From an uncultured bacterium (lineage in GTDB: Bacteria > Verrucomicrobiota > Verrucomicrobiia > Limisphaerales > UBA8199), in contig CAVVMW010000022.1 in assembly GCA_963749495.1 (NCBI GenBank), positions 192,001 through 256,000 of the forward strand: DNA of 64,000 nt. Reading direction: 5' to 3'. Each line of letters begins with the position of its first letter. Positions within the stretch are counted from its first letter, which is position 1. The translations under genes were made by a program, and so were the position numbers. The notes under the pieces were generated by a model, which did not search any database, was not told the DNA's origin, and worked only from the letters and a program-made list of their open reading frames with translations. Shown here piece by piece: positions 63,284 to 64,000 of the stretch.

Positions 63284-64000
63284 GTCGAAACGCCCAACGC
63301 CAATCTGGTGGCGGGAATGCGCTGGCTGCTGAGCAGCTATACCATCCGGCTCAACGGCCGGCACAAGCTTTCCGGTCACGTGTTCAGCGGACGCTACAAG
63401 GCGATTGTGGTCGAGGGCAGCGGCAACGGGTATCTGCGCACGGCCTGTGACTACGTGCATCTGAATCCGGTCCGGGCAGGGCTGTTGGGTAGGGAAGAAC
63501 GCTTGTTGGAGTATCCCTGGAGCAGCTTGGCTTGGTATTTGGCCGCGCCGGAACACCGACCGGGCTGGATGCGGGTGGACCGCTTGCTGGGCGAACACGG
63601 GATCCAAAAAGACACCGCTTGCGGACGAGAGCAGTTTGAGCGGCAGATGGAGCGCCGCCGCACCGAGGAGGACGATGCGGCCCAATGGAAACCACTAAAG
63701 CGCGGCTGGTGTCTGGGCAGCGAGGAGTTCCGCGCCAAGCTGTTGGAGCAGATGGACGCGCGCCTGAGTGATCAGCATTCGGGGAAGTTGAGGCGTGAGA
63801 GCGCCGAAGCCAAAGGGGAGCGCATCGTTGCGGAGGAGTTGAAGCGTTTGCGATGGAGCCAGGATGACTTGAAGGGGCACTTGAAGGGCGACCCGGCAAA
63901 GCTGGCCCTGGCGGCGCGGTTGCGGCGCGAGACCACCTTGACCGTCCGCCAAATCGCCGAGCGGTTGCACATGGGCAGTTGGAAGAGCCTGAACAACAAG
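63284..64000 (+). pseudogene. 5'-truncated RAYT transposase, runs off the right edge
   Basis: Hand translation VETPNANLVAGMRWLL..GHVFSGRYKA..CDYVHLNP..YPWSS; close paralog of 45354; candidate left end AAGGGGTCAAACC at 62978. Confidence 0.85.

Overview
High-GC bacterial chromosomal window, probably Verrucomicrobiota of the Pedosphaerales/Limisphaerales type. That assignment is an inference from the ECF sigma + Ser/Thr kinase pair, a large secreted protein with a C-terminal '...FYRL' module, hopanoid cyclase and heptamer repeats. From left to right it contains: a Ser/Thr kinase and ECF sigma; GH95 and GH2 glycosidases; an orphan PAS histidine kinase; a 1324-aa secreted lectin-like protein; and a ~30 kb cation-homeostasis cluster. 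That cluster holds kdpFABC with a truncated kdpE, a porin, a CzcBA/OMF heavy-metal RND system, toxin-antitoxin remnants, a two-component system, an NRMT-type Nramp with a CBS/MgtE-N partner, two tail-to-tail OprB-like porins, mntR, mntH, a USP and a kinase. Next, a RAYT-type Y1 transposase with terminal inverted repeats sits exactly at a tetR...RND deletion junction. After it come a CocE hydrolase, a TIM-barrel epimerase, a PD-(D/E)XK-like gene, hrpB, gcvP, a hemerythrin-domain gene and shc. The window ends in a cluster of decayed RAYT elements bracketing a small-protein / retropepsin / HicA module. Intergenic DNA is dense with REP-like palindromes, often enclosed in IS-like ends (MITEs). At least seven genes carry single-base frameshifts that look like sequencing or assembly errors. 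All family assignments come from motif recognition by eye, not database searches.
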